A stretch of 62,696 nucleotides of DNA, filler included, from Rhabdomonas costata (GCA_019059605.1; 45 parts of 45 records of this genome joined end to end with filler, not necessarily neighbours in it), one strand, 5' to 3'; shown: positions 38,451 through 51,012, numbered from the whole stretch's first letter. Translations and numbers: made by a program. The notes: a model not told the origin generated them from the letters alone.

Positions 38451-39173
38451 GATGCTCGTATTTTGAGTCTGTTACCTCCATTGATGGACCAAAAGAAAAC
38501 GCCCTGGAGCGGGAAGCCCCTGCGCTCATTTGATTGAAATGACAGTGTTTGCAAACCGTGGAGGCCTAAGGACCCCTTTTGCGACCTGTTGGTGAACATT
38601 TCTCTGTGAGAAGCTCACGAAAAGCTCCTGCCCATTCCCATTTCCATTTCCATTTCCATTCCATGCACAGCAGGCAGCCCTCAGTCGAAGGCTAAGCAGG
38701 CAAATAACGAGGGCTTCGGAGGGGCTGACGCGGAACTCGGTTTGGGCGCCTCCGAGGATGCTGCCGAGAATGCATGGGTGGCTGCGAAAGCCCGTCACTC
38801 GGTGCGATGGCGCCCTTTTCTCTCTTCAGTATTCCTTCTTTTGGCACCGCTTTGGTTCCCCGCGTGGCCGATCGCAGTCGCGCACATTTACACACCCATC
38901 ATTTCAAAGAGGCTTCGTGGCACTGCCAGAGGATGAGAAAGCGGTCAAAGCCAGCGTCCCAGCTTTTTACGCCCCAANNNNNNNNNNNNNNNNNNNNNNN
39001 NNNNNNNNNNNNNNNNNNNNNTTAATTAATTAANNNNNNNNNNNNNNNNNNNNNNNNNNNNNNNNNNNNNNNNNNNNTGTTTTCCCGCCCCCAGCAGAAG
39101 GGGACCGTCAGCTTGGTGCCGCCAATTTTCTTTCAACGACGGTTATTTTTCCTCAGTGAAGCGCCACGCACAC

Positions 39174-40060
39174 CGGCACGGCTGGGGGCAGGCTGGTGGA
39201 GGGGTGGAGCACGGCAGGGGGGGCTCCAGGACGGTGGCGCCACAGAAGCAGCTCAGCTCTGTGGTGATGAGGTGCCGGCAGGGATAGCAGGGCCCCTTGT
39301 GGCATTCCATCTGTGTGGGGCGGACGAACCAGTATTGAGGCGTGTCGGGTGCTTCTTTCTAAAGTGGTGGGTGTTCACAAGTTTCCAGAAGCATGCGCAT
39401 GCGACAGCGAAAGCCAAGAAAGCAAAGGGGAACGTCGAAAGGCGAAGGTAAACTGCACATGACAGCAACAGACGAGTGTCATGCGCAGTTTCGGTTTCTG
39501 TCCCCGGTCCGTACAGAAGAACTAAGCAAAATAAGTCACCCCCATGCTCAGCGCAGACACGTCCGCCAAACTCTAACCCCCTGGGAGGCCTGGAGCATTA
39601 AAAAAAAAGGCGAGAGGTGTCTTCCGCATGTTCGGTATGTTTTCGGTTGCCTCACTGATACGAAGATGACCACACTGGCAAAGCAGAACGTCCAGCGTCA
39701 AGGGTCCTCCACATTGAACAGCCAAATGAAAAAAAGAAGGAGGCAGACAGAAAAAACTGCGAGCGAAAGACGTCAAACAAAGCGCAAGTCCACCCGATTC
39801 CCCCACATACCTCGCACTGGTGGTTTCCACAACTCAAGGTTTTCCCGCAGGCCTGGGAACACAGGTGCTCCGCACCCTGCTGCTCCTTGCGCCCCTTGCT
39901 GGCCGGCTTCCCGCCGCCCCCGGGGCCGCGAAAAGGGCAGCACACCTCATCGCAGCGGTGCCGGCCACAGCTCTTCATGGCGCCGCACTTGCGGGCGCAC
40001 CGCAAGGGGTAGGTGTACGTCTTGTCGTCCACGGTGAGGGTGACTGGGTTATCGGTGAAC
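39174..40060 (-). CDS. NFX1: NF-X1-type zinc-finger protein, partial, 2 exons
   Basis: Exon ending 39811 (CARKCGAMKSCGRHRCDEVCC...HLCSQACGKTLSCGNHQCE) splices in frame to exon 39310-39174 (MECHKGPCYPC...LSCFCGATVLEPPLPCSTPPPACPQPC). Could be NFX1 or NFXL1. The 5' boundary is approximate. Confidence 0.87.
39453..39542 (+). repeat. Dispersed ~90-bp repeat, copy 1 (inside the NFX1 intron)
   Basis: Aligns with the reverse complement of 42525-42612: CTGCACATGACAG...GCGCA...GTTTCTGTCCCCGGTC...CAAAATAA(G)GTCACCCC. Confidence 0.85.
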
Positions 40061-40556
40061 CCTATTTTGGAATAAACCAAGTGCGCAGCTGCAAGAATGC
40101 CGGCAGCGCTGTCCCTGAGGAGAAATTACTCGACAAATCGCTAGCGTGGTGAACAAGGGTCTAACTTGGAAAAGCGTCTTAAAACGGAAGACTCCTGCTC
40201 TACCTTATGGGCCAGCTCAAGTGCTTAATTAGTCCGTAAGCAACCCTACAAGTCACTGCCGGATGCGAAACTCGACCCCCCCCCCCCGTGAACCACATGC
40301 GGAGGGCACAGGTTCCGTGACTATGTCCCTGAAGGGCGATGAACCAGGAGATTGCAAACACAAAAAAAACACNNNNNNNNNNNNNNNNNNNNNNNNNNNN
40401 NNNNNNNNNNNNNNNNTTAATTAATTAANNNNNNNNNNNNNNNNNNNNNNNNNNNNNNNNNNNNNNNNNNNNGTTTGGTGCGGTAACTCTCTGCCTCACT
40501 CGCTCCCTTATCTCAGCTGATCTCGCACCTCCATCAACCCACCCATTCCCACACAC

Positions 40557-40953
40557 CGAACGAACGGCCGTCTTGGGGGCCTTGGCCTTGCAGGTGGGGC
40601 AGGTGGGGCGCAGGGCCAGCCACTGCAGCACACAGCTCTGCCCAAAAATGTGCCTGAAGAGTGCGCAACATCAGAATCATGCCAAAGGGATCAACCGTGC
40701 ACCGCACTTTCAGAAGCCCATCCATCGATTATCAGCATGCGCAAGTGTGCTCTTTTCCACTCGGAGAAGGACACAACTACGCCAGCGTTCAACTTGTCCG
40801 GAAGAACTTCTGAAACCTGAAACCCATACACAGTGCTACTCCTTTTTCTGAGCACAAGGCGCTGACGAGAGCGACCAGGCAGACTCCGGGAAAGTGGGCG
40901 GGGGGGTGGAGCGAAGAGACACCCGCATGGCAAGGAGGCCAACTTGTGCTCTC
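40557..40953 (-). CDS. RFWD3-like RING finger E3 ligase, partial, 2 exons
   Basis: Exon 40953-40923 (GEHKLASLPCG) joins through a GT-AG intron to exon 40653-~40557 (HIFGQSCVLQWLALRPTCPTCKAKA). GxHxxxxLxCGHxFGxxC is characteristic of RFWD3-type RINGs. Confidence 0.83.
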
Positions 40954-41969
40954 CTGTATAAAACAAACTGATGGGTATTCAACGTCAAGACGAAAAAACC
41001 AATACGCCAACTAAGAGAGCTGCACTCCGAAAAGCAGAAGCAAAAACACTGGAAGCCTCCCAGCTGCACAGTCGCGGCGGTCGCGCAGGCAAGTGCGGGA
41101 ATGGGGGATTGATAAATAATTATTATGCAAAAATGAGGCAAAAAAGGCAGTTTGAGAATTGATAAAGCTAAATTTTTCATTGATATCTGGTCCCAACATA
41201 AAGGGCAGCTACCATAGCCACAACCGAATGTAACACAAACACAAGTGGCTCAAGGTTAACATAGGGAAAGGTGTAATTGAGGTGGAGGGGAGGAAGCGAC
41301 AGATGTTTGCAGGGCGTTAAACGCACGAAGGGACATAGCCGGGAACCCCAAGTAATTCACAGAAGATTAGAGAGATAACGGTGCCAGATTGAAACTCGAC
41401 CACTCCCCCTCCCCCGTGAACCACATATGGTTCACGTCTGTGAACCAAAAACGGAGCGCACATTTCGGTGACTTTGCCTCTGTTCATTGCCACACAAAAG
41501 GAATTGAATTTTTCTGTTGCGGAGGCCAGCCGCCGAGCGGCCATAGGGCTATAGGGAGGGGGGGCGCGGTCGCGGAAGTTCATGGGCTTCATTGCCGACC
41601 TGACCCAGTCTTTGATTCAATTTCAAGAACATGAACCACCTGGTGGTCACGCTGTGACAACTTGCACACTTTAATTCACCCGCCTCCGCAATATCGAAAC
41701 ATATTACCAGAGCCCACAGCAGAGAGCATGAACAAATGAGTGCACCCTCCTCCCAGCTCGACGTAAGNNNNNNNNNNNNNNNNNNNNNNNNNNNNNNNNN
41801 NNNNNNNNNNNTTAATTAATTAANNNNNNNNNNNNNNNNNNNNNNNNNNNNNNNNNNNNNNNNNNNNTCTCATGTTCATGAGGATATTTCTTTGAACCAT
41901 GGGACCATGAACACGCTTTCTTTTACATTTTTCTAATTCTTTCACTTTCTACCTTTCTTCGGTGTTGTG

Positions 41970-42460
41970 CCTCGGTATTCTGAACTCCGAGCACAGTGCT
42001 CCAGGACTCCACGAGCAAGTCGTGGACCCTCTCCGCACACACAGCGCATTCCTCGTACGACGCCGTACGCAGCAAGTGTACAACCTTAGCGGCACCCAAG
42101 CAACTGCGCAGGATGTGAGAGCGGCTGAGGATCCCCTAAGCTAGCTTCTCAAGTGCGGCCTGGAGCTTAATAAAAACCTTGAGCTCCGGCCTGAGGAACG
42201 GTGCTTTCCGGACGGGGCACCCCAAGCCTCAGTAGCGGTGGAATGCACTCTCGCTGCGGAAAAGAGGGGGCCACAGGCATCGCCTGACTGAGATTCAAAT
42301 CATCCACCGGGTCCGAACAAGGGAGTGGGTCGGCCATAGCAAAAGGTGGCATAGGGCAGAAATCGAGGAGTGTGCTTTGCTTTGGCGCGCACATTTCAGT
42401 CACCCCTAGCACGCCCACACCCAGTTGCAGCGGGGTCAGATACCAGAGTTCGACTTGATT
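41970..42460 (-). pseudogene. Decayed non-LTR retrotransposon RT/thumb region (CRE/MoTeR-like RLE clade)
   Basis: Across frameshifts: LWYL (YLDD decayed), LNLS, LGVP, KLQAALEKLA, LGDPQ and HILRSCLGAAKVVHLLRT, in the expected order. Confidence 0.7.
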
Positions 42461-42524
42461 TATAGGAAATACTTGTCCCCGTCTCCCATGAAAGCCGATA
42501 ATAAGCTGGTGCGGGCGAGGGAAA

Positions 42525-42612
42525 GGGGTGACCTTATTTTGTATAGCTCTTGTGTGTAGACCGGGGACAGAAACTGAATGCGCCTGACGCTCTTCACTTC
42601 TGTCATGTGCAG
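42525..42612 (-). repeat. Dispersed ~90-bp repeat, copy 2
   Basis: Reverse-complement match to 39453-39542 on a different contig. Confidence 0.85.
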
Positions 42613-44933
42613 GGTTTGTTTCGCTGAAATCGTCGCGCGCGCTCGCGTGTGTGGAAACTCGAAAACAATCACACACTTCAGAAAGACAGCCTTTGCTCAA
42701 TTGTTTTTCGTATTCCCGTTTTGGAGTGGCACTAGATTGGTGCCTTTGGTGTGCTGAGATTGGCAGCTCCCGGATCGGTAGCGGCTGTTCCACCGCAGTT
42801 TCCTCACTACGGGTGGCGCAGTCGCAGCTCTACCGGCTCGTAGTTGGTGCAGAGGAGTGTGTGCTGCAGCTCACGGCAGCAGGGCTGCTACGAGTGTCCG
42901 CAGCGCAGCAGCCCCAACGGCCAGGCCATGTGGCAGGCTTGGGATCGGCGCTGGCTTTTGTTTTTGCAGGCCAAGGAGCTGGAGCTGTACGCTGGACGGA
43001 ATACCGCGCGGGACTAAAGTGGACCTCCGCAGCATACATAGCGGGGACATCAGCAGAGGTCACTAACTCCTCCGCGATGTGGTGTGTGCTGCGGCAGCCA
43101 CTTCGAGCTTTTCTACGCAGACTGAGGTTGCCCCGAAGCTTAACCATCAGTTCTCGGAAGTTTNNNNNNNNNNNNNNNNNNNNNNNNNNNNNNNNNNNNN
43201 NNNNNNNTTAATTAATTAANNNNNNNNNNNNNNNNNNNNNNNNNNNNNNNNNNNNNNNNNNNNGTTTTGTGTGAACTTTTTGGAAACCCTTTCATTTTGC
43301 CCCTTTGTTCCCCTTTTATTGATTTAGCATCATGGAAGATGCTCAGTTGAAACTGTTTGGGGCTGAGTTTGTTCTTTTGACAGCCCTTCGTTACTCTTGG
43401 AGTCGGGCAGACGCTGGAAGTTGTTGTTGCGTCAGTGGACCTCCAAAAAGGAAGAGTTTCGCTGCAGCTTCCGCGACGGACGTGACGGTAATGACTCTGT
43501 CGGGTGCGGTGTTATGTGGTGCGGATAGCATTCTTCATAGAATTTCTCCTGCTGTTACTTTGCTGGTGCTGATGTGCAGTGTAAGCCTATGGGTGTCCGC
43601 CGTTCACCCGTTGTTATCATGCTACTTGCTGCTCCGAAATGCTCGCTGCGAAGTCCTCTTTGCTGTTGTAGACCCTGTCACTAGAGATGGTGCCGCATTG
43701 CGGTTTCCCCCCAGTTATACTGCGGTTGTGCGTTTTTGCTTTCTTCACTGAGAGGAGATTGTTGAAAATACACGGCGCTGTTTATCTGCCGGTTCCGAAA
43801 TGCATACGTGCGGATCAGATCCGGATGCGTGCGGATCCGACGATGTCACGAAAATTCAATAAAGTGCTTTATGATAAACAAGTGCCCTCAGCACTACTGA
43901 ACTTGTATTCCCCTAACCTTCCCTTGGGTGTCCAACCCCCCGGAATGAGTCCGCAGGGTGGAGTCTAAGGCCGGAGTGGGACGGACCCAAACCCACAAGG
44001 GCAATAAGGGCCCAAAGGGGAGTGAACGAGCGTGTTGGGTACGGAAGGAAGCACTTCTCTGTCACCGAAGCCTTGGAGCCAATCCGTCCATTTACTACGC
44101 TGTTTTAATCGGTTACCGCTATTGTGTTCTTTTCCAGGTAGTATTAGGTGCCGGTCAATCCGGAAGGGGTTTAACACTCTGGCCCCTGGTGCTGAATGCG
44201 TTCTTTTACTGGGCTTTGTCCGCCTTCGAATCATTCGTTCTCTCTCCCGGCGTTCGCACCGCAAAGCCATTTGCCTGGCACCCGCTCTAGCCCGGGTCAA
44301 AGGTGGGTGGGGTGGGGTGCCGAATTTCTCGCTTAATGCTTTTGGGTTCAAAAGTTTGCGTTGTGCACCCTTGCCCCAGGCCATATCCGTAACCCCCAGA
44401 CGTAGCGTTCCCTTTGCTGTCCGGGGACTTATCTGCCCAAAGGGCAGCCCGGAGTCCACCTTTCATCAGCAACGGCACCACACTCCCAACCACGCTGAAA
44501 GCGGAAATCGCGCATCTACGCACAGCAATGCGGGAAAACAAAGCCGAGCCACAACCCCNNNNNNNNNNNNNNNNNNNNNNNNNNNNNNNNNNNNNNNNNN
44601 NNTTAATTAATTAANNNNNNNNNNNNNNNNNNNNNNNNNNNNNNNNNNNNNNNNNNNNCACCCTCAGGCTCCGAGGGACAGAAGCGGCACAAAAGAGTGG
44701 GAGGGATGAAAAGGAAGGGCTGCCGCCAGGGGTGCAAGGACGGTCTTGCACCCCTGGTTTGACCCAAAGAGAGAGATTGAGAGATTACCTCGAAATGTCA
44801 GCTATTCGTCAAACGGTATTATTCGTTTTCCGAGCTGCTCGTACCTGCCAACCTTTTGTCCTGTAATGACCTCTGTGGTATGAGTGCTTTGATGTTTTTG
44901 TCAGGAAGGAGTATATGTGGTCCTTTCTTGCAG

Positions 44934-45536
44934 CACCTGCGACTGTTTGAGATGATGGAAGATCTCAGGATCGCCACGGTGTCTCACGCCGATTCCGCGC
45001 TGGTGGCAAAGTGTCTCAAGGGCTTGGTCGACTACTGTGGCGAACATTTTGACTGCGAGCAACTGGTTTGACCGCTCTCTTTTCATACCTTTTTGGGGTC
45101 ATACTGTGGGTCACCACCAATTGGGATGTTACTCGTGTCTCAGACACGTGAAGTGAGACACATGATTATTTGCTGATTTCGGTTTCTGAGCTGAATGTGC
45201 TCTCGGCGTTTTCCCAAGGATGATTCTATTTCTTGACCGTTTTTCTTTCGAATTGTGCTCAATGCATTTTATTGCCCTTTTCACTTCCTGGTTCCAGTAT
45301 AGGTCAGTATGCTGTTTTAGGACGCAGGTTCCCGCACTCATTATGGTTCATGTCGCTCTCTCTCTCTCTCTCTCTCGTCCTTTTCGGTCTCGCAGCTGAT
45401 GCAGAAGATCGGCTTCCCGACGTATTCTGGCCACCTGGCGATCCACCAGCGCTTCACGGACCAGACGTTGCGGTGGCTGGAGGATCACCAGCGGGGCACC
45501 CTGGACCCAGCAGTTGTGGTGCGGGCCTTGCTGGAG
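44934..45536 (+). CDS. Hemerythrin domain protein, partial, 2 exons
   Basis: Exon 44934-45065 (HLRLFEMMEDL...LVDYCGEHFDCEQL) and exon 45396-45536 (LMQKIGFPTYSGHLAIHQRF...ALLE) join through a phase-0 GT-AG intron. Gives the di-iron ligands H...HxxxE...HxxxH; the final HxxxxD lies beyond the visible exons. Confidence 0.87.
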
Positions 45537-47447
45537 GTGCCTTCGTTTCACATACACGTCTGCGTCCGCACCTGTGCTTTTACTAACGCTGGCCTCGTCC
45601 GTGAAACTCCTGAACCCCTCCCCTTGCTCGCCTTATCCCTTTTTTCGGGGGGTACATTGTAAACATCTCGGTTGGACCTCAGGTTTTAAGTTTTTCATCA
45701 TCCCTTAAAGTGTCTCAGACTTCCAACGGACACAGGAAGATTAGCGTCAGCAGAACTACTGTTACACTCTGCTTTCTTTGATCATGTGTATTATCCGGAT
45801 TTCCAGCAGATGCTGCGATTTTCACTTAAAATGCCCCCCTTTCAAATGACTCCACTCCAGTTTCGTTGCTTTTTTCCGCTTTCCACCTTTGGATTATTGC
45901 GATTCCTCCATTTCCCTGGGATTGTTCCCACACCAACCAACCACACCCAACACNNNNNNNNNNNNNNNNNNNNNNNNNNNNNNNNNNNNNNNNNNNNTTA
46001 ATTAATTAANNNNNNNNNNNNNNNNNNNNNNNNNNNNNNNNNNNNNNNNNNNNGGGTTTTGGATGGTTGGTCGTGATGAGTATGGTATAGGTCTCTTTTT
46101 AGATTGCTCATTGCCCAGGGTGGGTTCGAACGGAGTGCTCTTTGTACCCCTCATCCTCCACACAGTCGTAATCTCGGGAGCAGCGTTTTTTGTTTGCTTG
46201 CAAAGATGCAGTTTTTTCTTCCAAGTCCCAAATCTTTGCAGTCTGTGTGATACGGCCCGCATTATCTCAAAAGGATGAGATTAGAGTAAAAGAATTCGAA
46301 AGAGAAGCAAACATCATGTGCAGTTTAGTGGAATTTTATCTTCTGTGTCCAAAAATGCATAGTTAAAATTAGGATTTGGTTCAGCTGAGTTGTGTCTTTT
46401 GACGTGACGAACTAAGCTGTGACTCGAGCTTTTCTGCGCTTTGGGTTGACACTTTGGTCCGCCGATTGCTCTTTGCAGAAGAGCTGCGCTTGAACGGCCC
46501 CGCCAAGGCGCGGAGCAGATGTTTTCGGGCTGCGATGCTCAAAATTCGGTTGTCCTCTCTCTCCCTCTTGATCGATCCCTATCATGGTCACACGTTCCCT
46601 GCAGGTTCCCTGAAGGTTAAGTATGCACTCCTCCTCCCTTTCTTTGGAGGAGTCAGTTCCACGGAATACAAGAGTGGTCCACGTGTCCATTTTTGAGCTT
46701 ACGTGGAGCAAAAAAAAATGAGAATCTCATTGTGTGTTGAGGGAACCAAGGGAACGAAGGGCAGGGGGACGTGCGTATGTGCACGTGTTGGGAGGTGAAG
46801 ACGATCGCACTGAGCTGTTTACCATATATTGGGCTCCGCACCATCCTTCTTTGCTGGGGGCTCGCTCAGCGGATGTTCGAGGCCACAGGAGGTGGCTCCT
46901 GGGCCCGGCCAGCAGGGGAGGCCCCCGCAGTTCCCCCTCCGGAGCCCGTGTTTCTGTGCCGGAAAGACGCTCCCCAGCAGCAGAAGGATGCTCAACGGAG
47001 GTTTTAGTGAGACTCTTTTTGCCCATGGCTTGAACCTGACGAACCTAGCCTTCTGTTTTCTCCGTCACCATCTTTTTCTGCTTATTTCGTTTCTTGTCAG
47101 TGGAAAATTTGCATCGAGAGCAAAGGAACGTTTCTGCCTTCGGTTTGGTAGCTGTAAAGCCACCGCGAAGCTTGTTGTGAAGTGAGCATATGCATCGCCA
47201 CGTTTATCTATTTCAGCCCCGCAGTCTTGGCTTCGTTTGTATTTTCTCTTTCTTTGCAAAGTGTGACTGAGGCCACGGCGGTGGCGCAGGAAGTGCCCTC
47301 CCCTCGCAGCGGCTGAGCACAAGAAGCAGCCGGGGGACTATCCCGCTNNNNNNNNNNNNNNNNNNNNNNNNNNNNNNNNNNNNNNNNNNNNTTAATTAAT
47401 TAANNNNNNNNNNNNNNNNNNNNNNNNNNNNNNNNNNNNNNNNNNNN

Positions 47448-47772
47448 CCTCGTAGCACAAATCCCCGGGGGGAACGGCTGCGGGGTAGGCAGGGGGGACA
47501 AAGGTGCCCAGATCGGCCAGCCCGACAATACTGATGACGCTTGTCGCAGAGACGGTCGCTGGAACCGGGACGGGAACAGGAACTGTGACGGGAACAGGCA
47601 CCGGAATCGATGTTTCATTCCGGCTGGTCTCTGTGGAATACAGAATGGTCAGCACGATAGCCCAGGCTAAAACGAGGGAGAGCAGGACACACATAACCAG
47701 CGTAGAGAGGTATCGGGTTCGAGAAGGAGGGACGGGCTCGGGATCGGGAGGTGGCATTGTCAGCATCATCAT
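47448..47772 (-). CDS. Putative single-pass membrane protein with Pro-Val repeat stalk, partial
   Basis: Open frame with hydrophobic helix LVMCVLLSLVLAWAIVLTILY followed by (PV)n. No family recognised. Confidence 0.5.
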
Positions 47773-48538
47773 CGTGGGGCTGCTCGAGAAGAGAAAACTG
47801 CTTGACAGTTGGACAGTTGGAAGAACCACAACAAATAGCAATCATTTCCGCAAAAGCACAGGTCAGGACATCTCAGGATACCAAGATGAACCGAGAGCGA
47901 GATGACATTTCCTACATTTAGCTGTCGCCCACCTGTAAACCAACGATGCAATGTGTCCCTCATAAAGGCAAGTAAGTTACAAAAATGTAGCAGTGCAAGG
48001 GACTGCGGGCGAATCTTTTCTTCAATCATCAGGGATTTCTGTGCGTGAATGTCTCTGAAATGGCCCAATTCCAGTCCACGGCTGGGGTTGCCGAATTTGT
48101 GGTGTGCCGTTCTGCGGCAGTGATCTCTCCCGATCTCTCGCGCCATGGTGCAACTGGGGTGTCGGGTCGAATTGGTGGCGACCCCAACGCGCACAGTTGA
48201 CAGAGCAGATGGGTCACCTGCTCACCCTGGACACAAGTTCGCTCAAAATCGTTTGGATCCATTGAGATCAGCCGATGCCATGGAGAAACATGTTATGTTT
48301 AGTTGAAGTGGGCGTTGGCAAAGCAAACAGAACCGGTCAAAAATTTATTCGTGCCTATTCCTTCCCTGGGAAGTTCTACAGCAGAATCTAGCATCTTCCC
48401 ATTTATCAGCGGAATTCCAATTTACAGAAACTTTCAGAATGGATTATTCATTGCATGGAACCTCCTTCGGGAGCCCCCCCCCCCCGAAAAGGGGGGAATG
48501 AAAGAAGTACAACAGGTTAAATGGTGCCTTCTAGCGGC

Positions 48539-48735
48539 TGGGAGCATCATGCGAAAAACCTCAAATTACACCAGGACATTCGATAAATCTGTTTCTCGTA
48601 AAAAGGTACAAGGGTAAGGCACAGGTGGACAAGGACGTGAAGGACAACCAAAATGAACAATGTAGACATCACACGCGCAAAGTAGATTTGTCGAATGTCC
48701 TGGTGTAATTTGAGGTTTTTCGCATGATGCTCCCA
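48539..48735. repeat. Long imperfect inverted repeat (52-56-bp arms, loop about 85 nt)
   Basis: 48539-48590 pairs with 48684-48735 at 51 of 52 positions, and pairing extends inward through G.U pairs. Confidence 0.95.
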
Positions 48736-50089
48736 CCCCCACNNNNNNNNNNNNNNNNNNNNNNNNNNNNNNNNNNNNNNNNNNNNTTAATTAATTAANN
48801 NNNNNNNNNNNNNNNNNNNNNNNNNNNNNNNNNNNNNNNNNNGGGTGGGGGGGGCATAAATGCACTTATGCCCAGTACCCTCCTCAAAGGAAATTTCCCC
48901 CCTGTGCTGAACCAAGGAAAAACGCAAATTCTGGGTAATCTGCTTCGAAAACAGGCGGCAAACATAATATTGCACACAAGACAACAATACCTCATCAACG
49001 CTGTTCCACAAGGTCCAGTGCTGATAAAGTGAAAAAGACAGGCACGAACATCCTTGCTGACGACAAAATAGCCGGCAAAGTGTTTCATAAACATCACAAG
49101 TGGAGCCGATCTATACAAATCGAAAAGAGAATTACATTGTGGGATGCATAAAAGGAAGGAGGGGCAGATAATCAACATCTCAAAAGACTGTGAGAGATAT
49201 TGATCAGACCAGTTGCAGCCCCACCGTTAAATGGTACGTAAGAACAGAGAACGCATGGATGCAATCACGGTCACACCAATGCAAACCCTCCACCCACGCG
49301 CGTGGGGTGGCACAGCTCCAACACCCACAGGCCTTCTTCGGCGACATTGTGGACTTCTTCCAGCTCCGTGGATATCTCTGTTGAAAGACACTGCCGAACG
49401 TCATACAAACAGCAGACCAGGACAAAAAGTAGCGGGCCCAAAACTGTAACAAAGCCGTGACAACCGAGCCTGCCATTGCGTTTTCCGCAAACAAACGAGG
49501 TGCGCACAGGTACCTGTAAGATCGTTAGTTATTCGCTGGAATTCGGAAAGGTCGCAGCGACCCATGCTACGCACCATGCTGGGAAAAGTGAACCCAAACT
49601 GAGCGGCAACGTGTCCAACAAACTCAGATGCTTTCTCCTGTAAAAACACCATCGGATAGGGCAGGTTCAACGGAGTCCGGTCGGCGGTGCCAATGCAAAA
49701 GCGCCAATGCAACAGTGCGTAGTTGCCACTGGGTCAGATAATGTAGCGTAAGTAAACACAAAACCCATACAGCCGAGGCCAGCAAAAAAAGTTTGAGAAA
49801 AAACAAGCCATCTCGAGCTAAACACAAGCGGAAGCATCAGACCACATGTTGCAGATGTCAGCCTAAAGTTGGACAAAAGAACTCCGGTCAGGGTCAAGCT
49901 AGGTACAACACTCACCAACACTCCACAAAGCGAAAAACCGCTGCTGCGAGAATTGTCTGGGAGGCAGAGCCTAGTAATCTAGGTGGGTATCCAGGGAGAG
50001 AAACCTCACTGGGGAACTGTAGATAGGCCACAGCAGATTTCGAGTCGATGACCAAGTTCCGAAGCTATCGTGAGAAACAAAGGAAGGAA

Positions 50090-50128
50090 ACACGCACACA
50101 CACACAAACACACACACATACACACACA
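50090..50128. repeat. Imperfect (AC)n microsatellite
   Basis: Directly visible. Confidence 0.85.
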
Positions 50129-51012
50129 TTGCCGGNNNNNNNNNNNNNNNNNNNNNNNNNNNNNNNNNNNNNNNNNNNNTTAATTAATTAANNNNNNNNN
50201 NNNNNNNNNNNNNNNNNNNNNNNNNNNNNNNNNNNTTGTTGGGGTAAGAGAAGGGAGGTAGTGGTGGAATTTGAGTCCCAGGCGTCTGGAGGGAGGGGGT
50301 ACCAAACGATTAGCTGTTTTCAACCGCTCTAGCGTTTGTGAAGTACCTGTGAATTGTGCATAGCTTGATTGCATGATCGTCCCTTATCGTCCCTAAACGT
50401 TACGCGTCGCCACGTAGCCAAATCCCAGGGGCAAGGATGGGTGCGGTGTTATCACCCAATCAAAATTAAGGCTCGATTATGATGAAACCTAGAATTTGCG
50501 TGATGCTTGTGATCACATCCGGAGTGTGGTTGGACAAGCACGGTACCTTCGTCATTCCCGGCGAAGTTCTTCCCCAGGAAAGGCAGAGCCTCCGTGAAAT
50601 CAAGGGGAAGACCGCGAGCAGCGCGGCCACAGCTCCCATATTAAGCAATGGAGTGGGGGGCAGTGCCGCATGGAGAAGTTGGTCGAAGGGAGACCCAAGC
50701 TGAAGTATCTTGAGCGCTAATACACACCGACACCGATATATCGAGAAATTCCCCCCCCACCCTCATTCAAAATGCACCAAAATCTTTTTGCAGTACCACA
50801 CAATTCGATCATGTGAGGTGTTTGGGCAAACATCACCCTCTACCTCCAAGAGTGCATGGGTGGGTATATGCGGAGGGGGGGGATACAATGCTCAATCCGT
50901 GAAGAATTGGATTGGCTGGACTGGCTTGAATTGGCTTCGTTCACGCACACATGGTAGCTTTCAGATTTTTGTCGTCTCTTTTTTTCTTGTGTGCGTGTGT
51001 GTGTGGGTCGCA

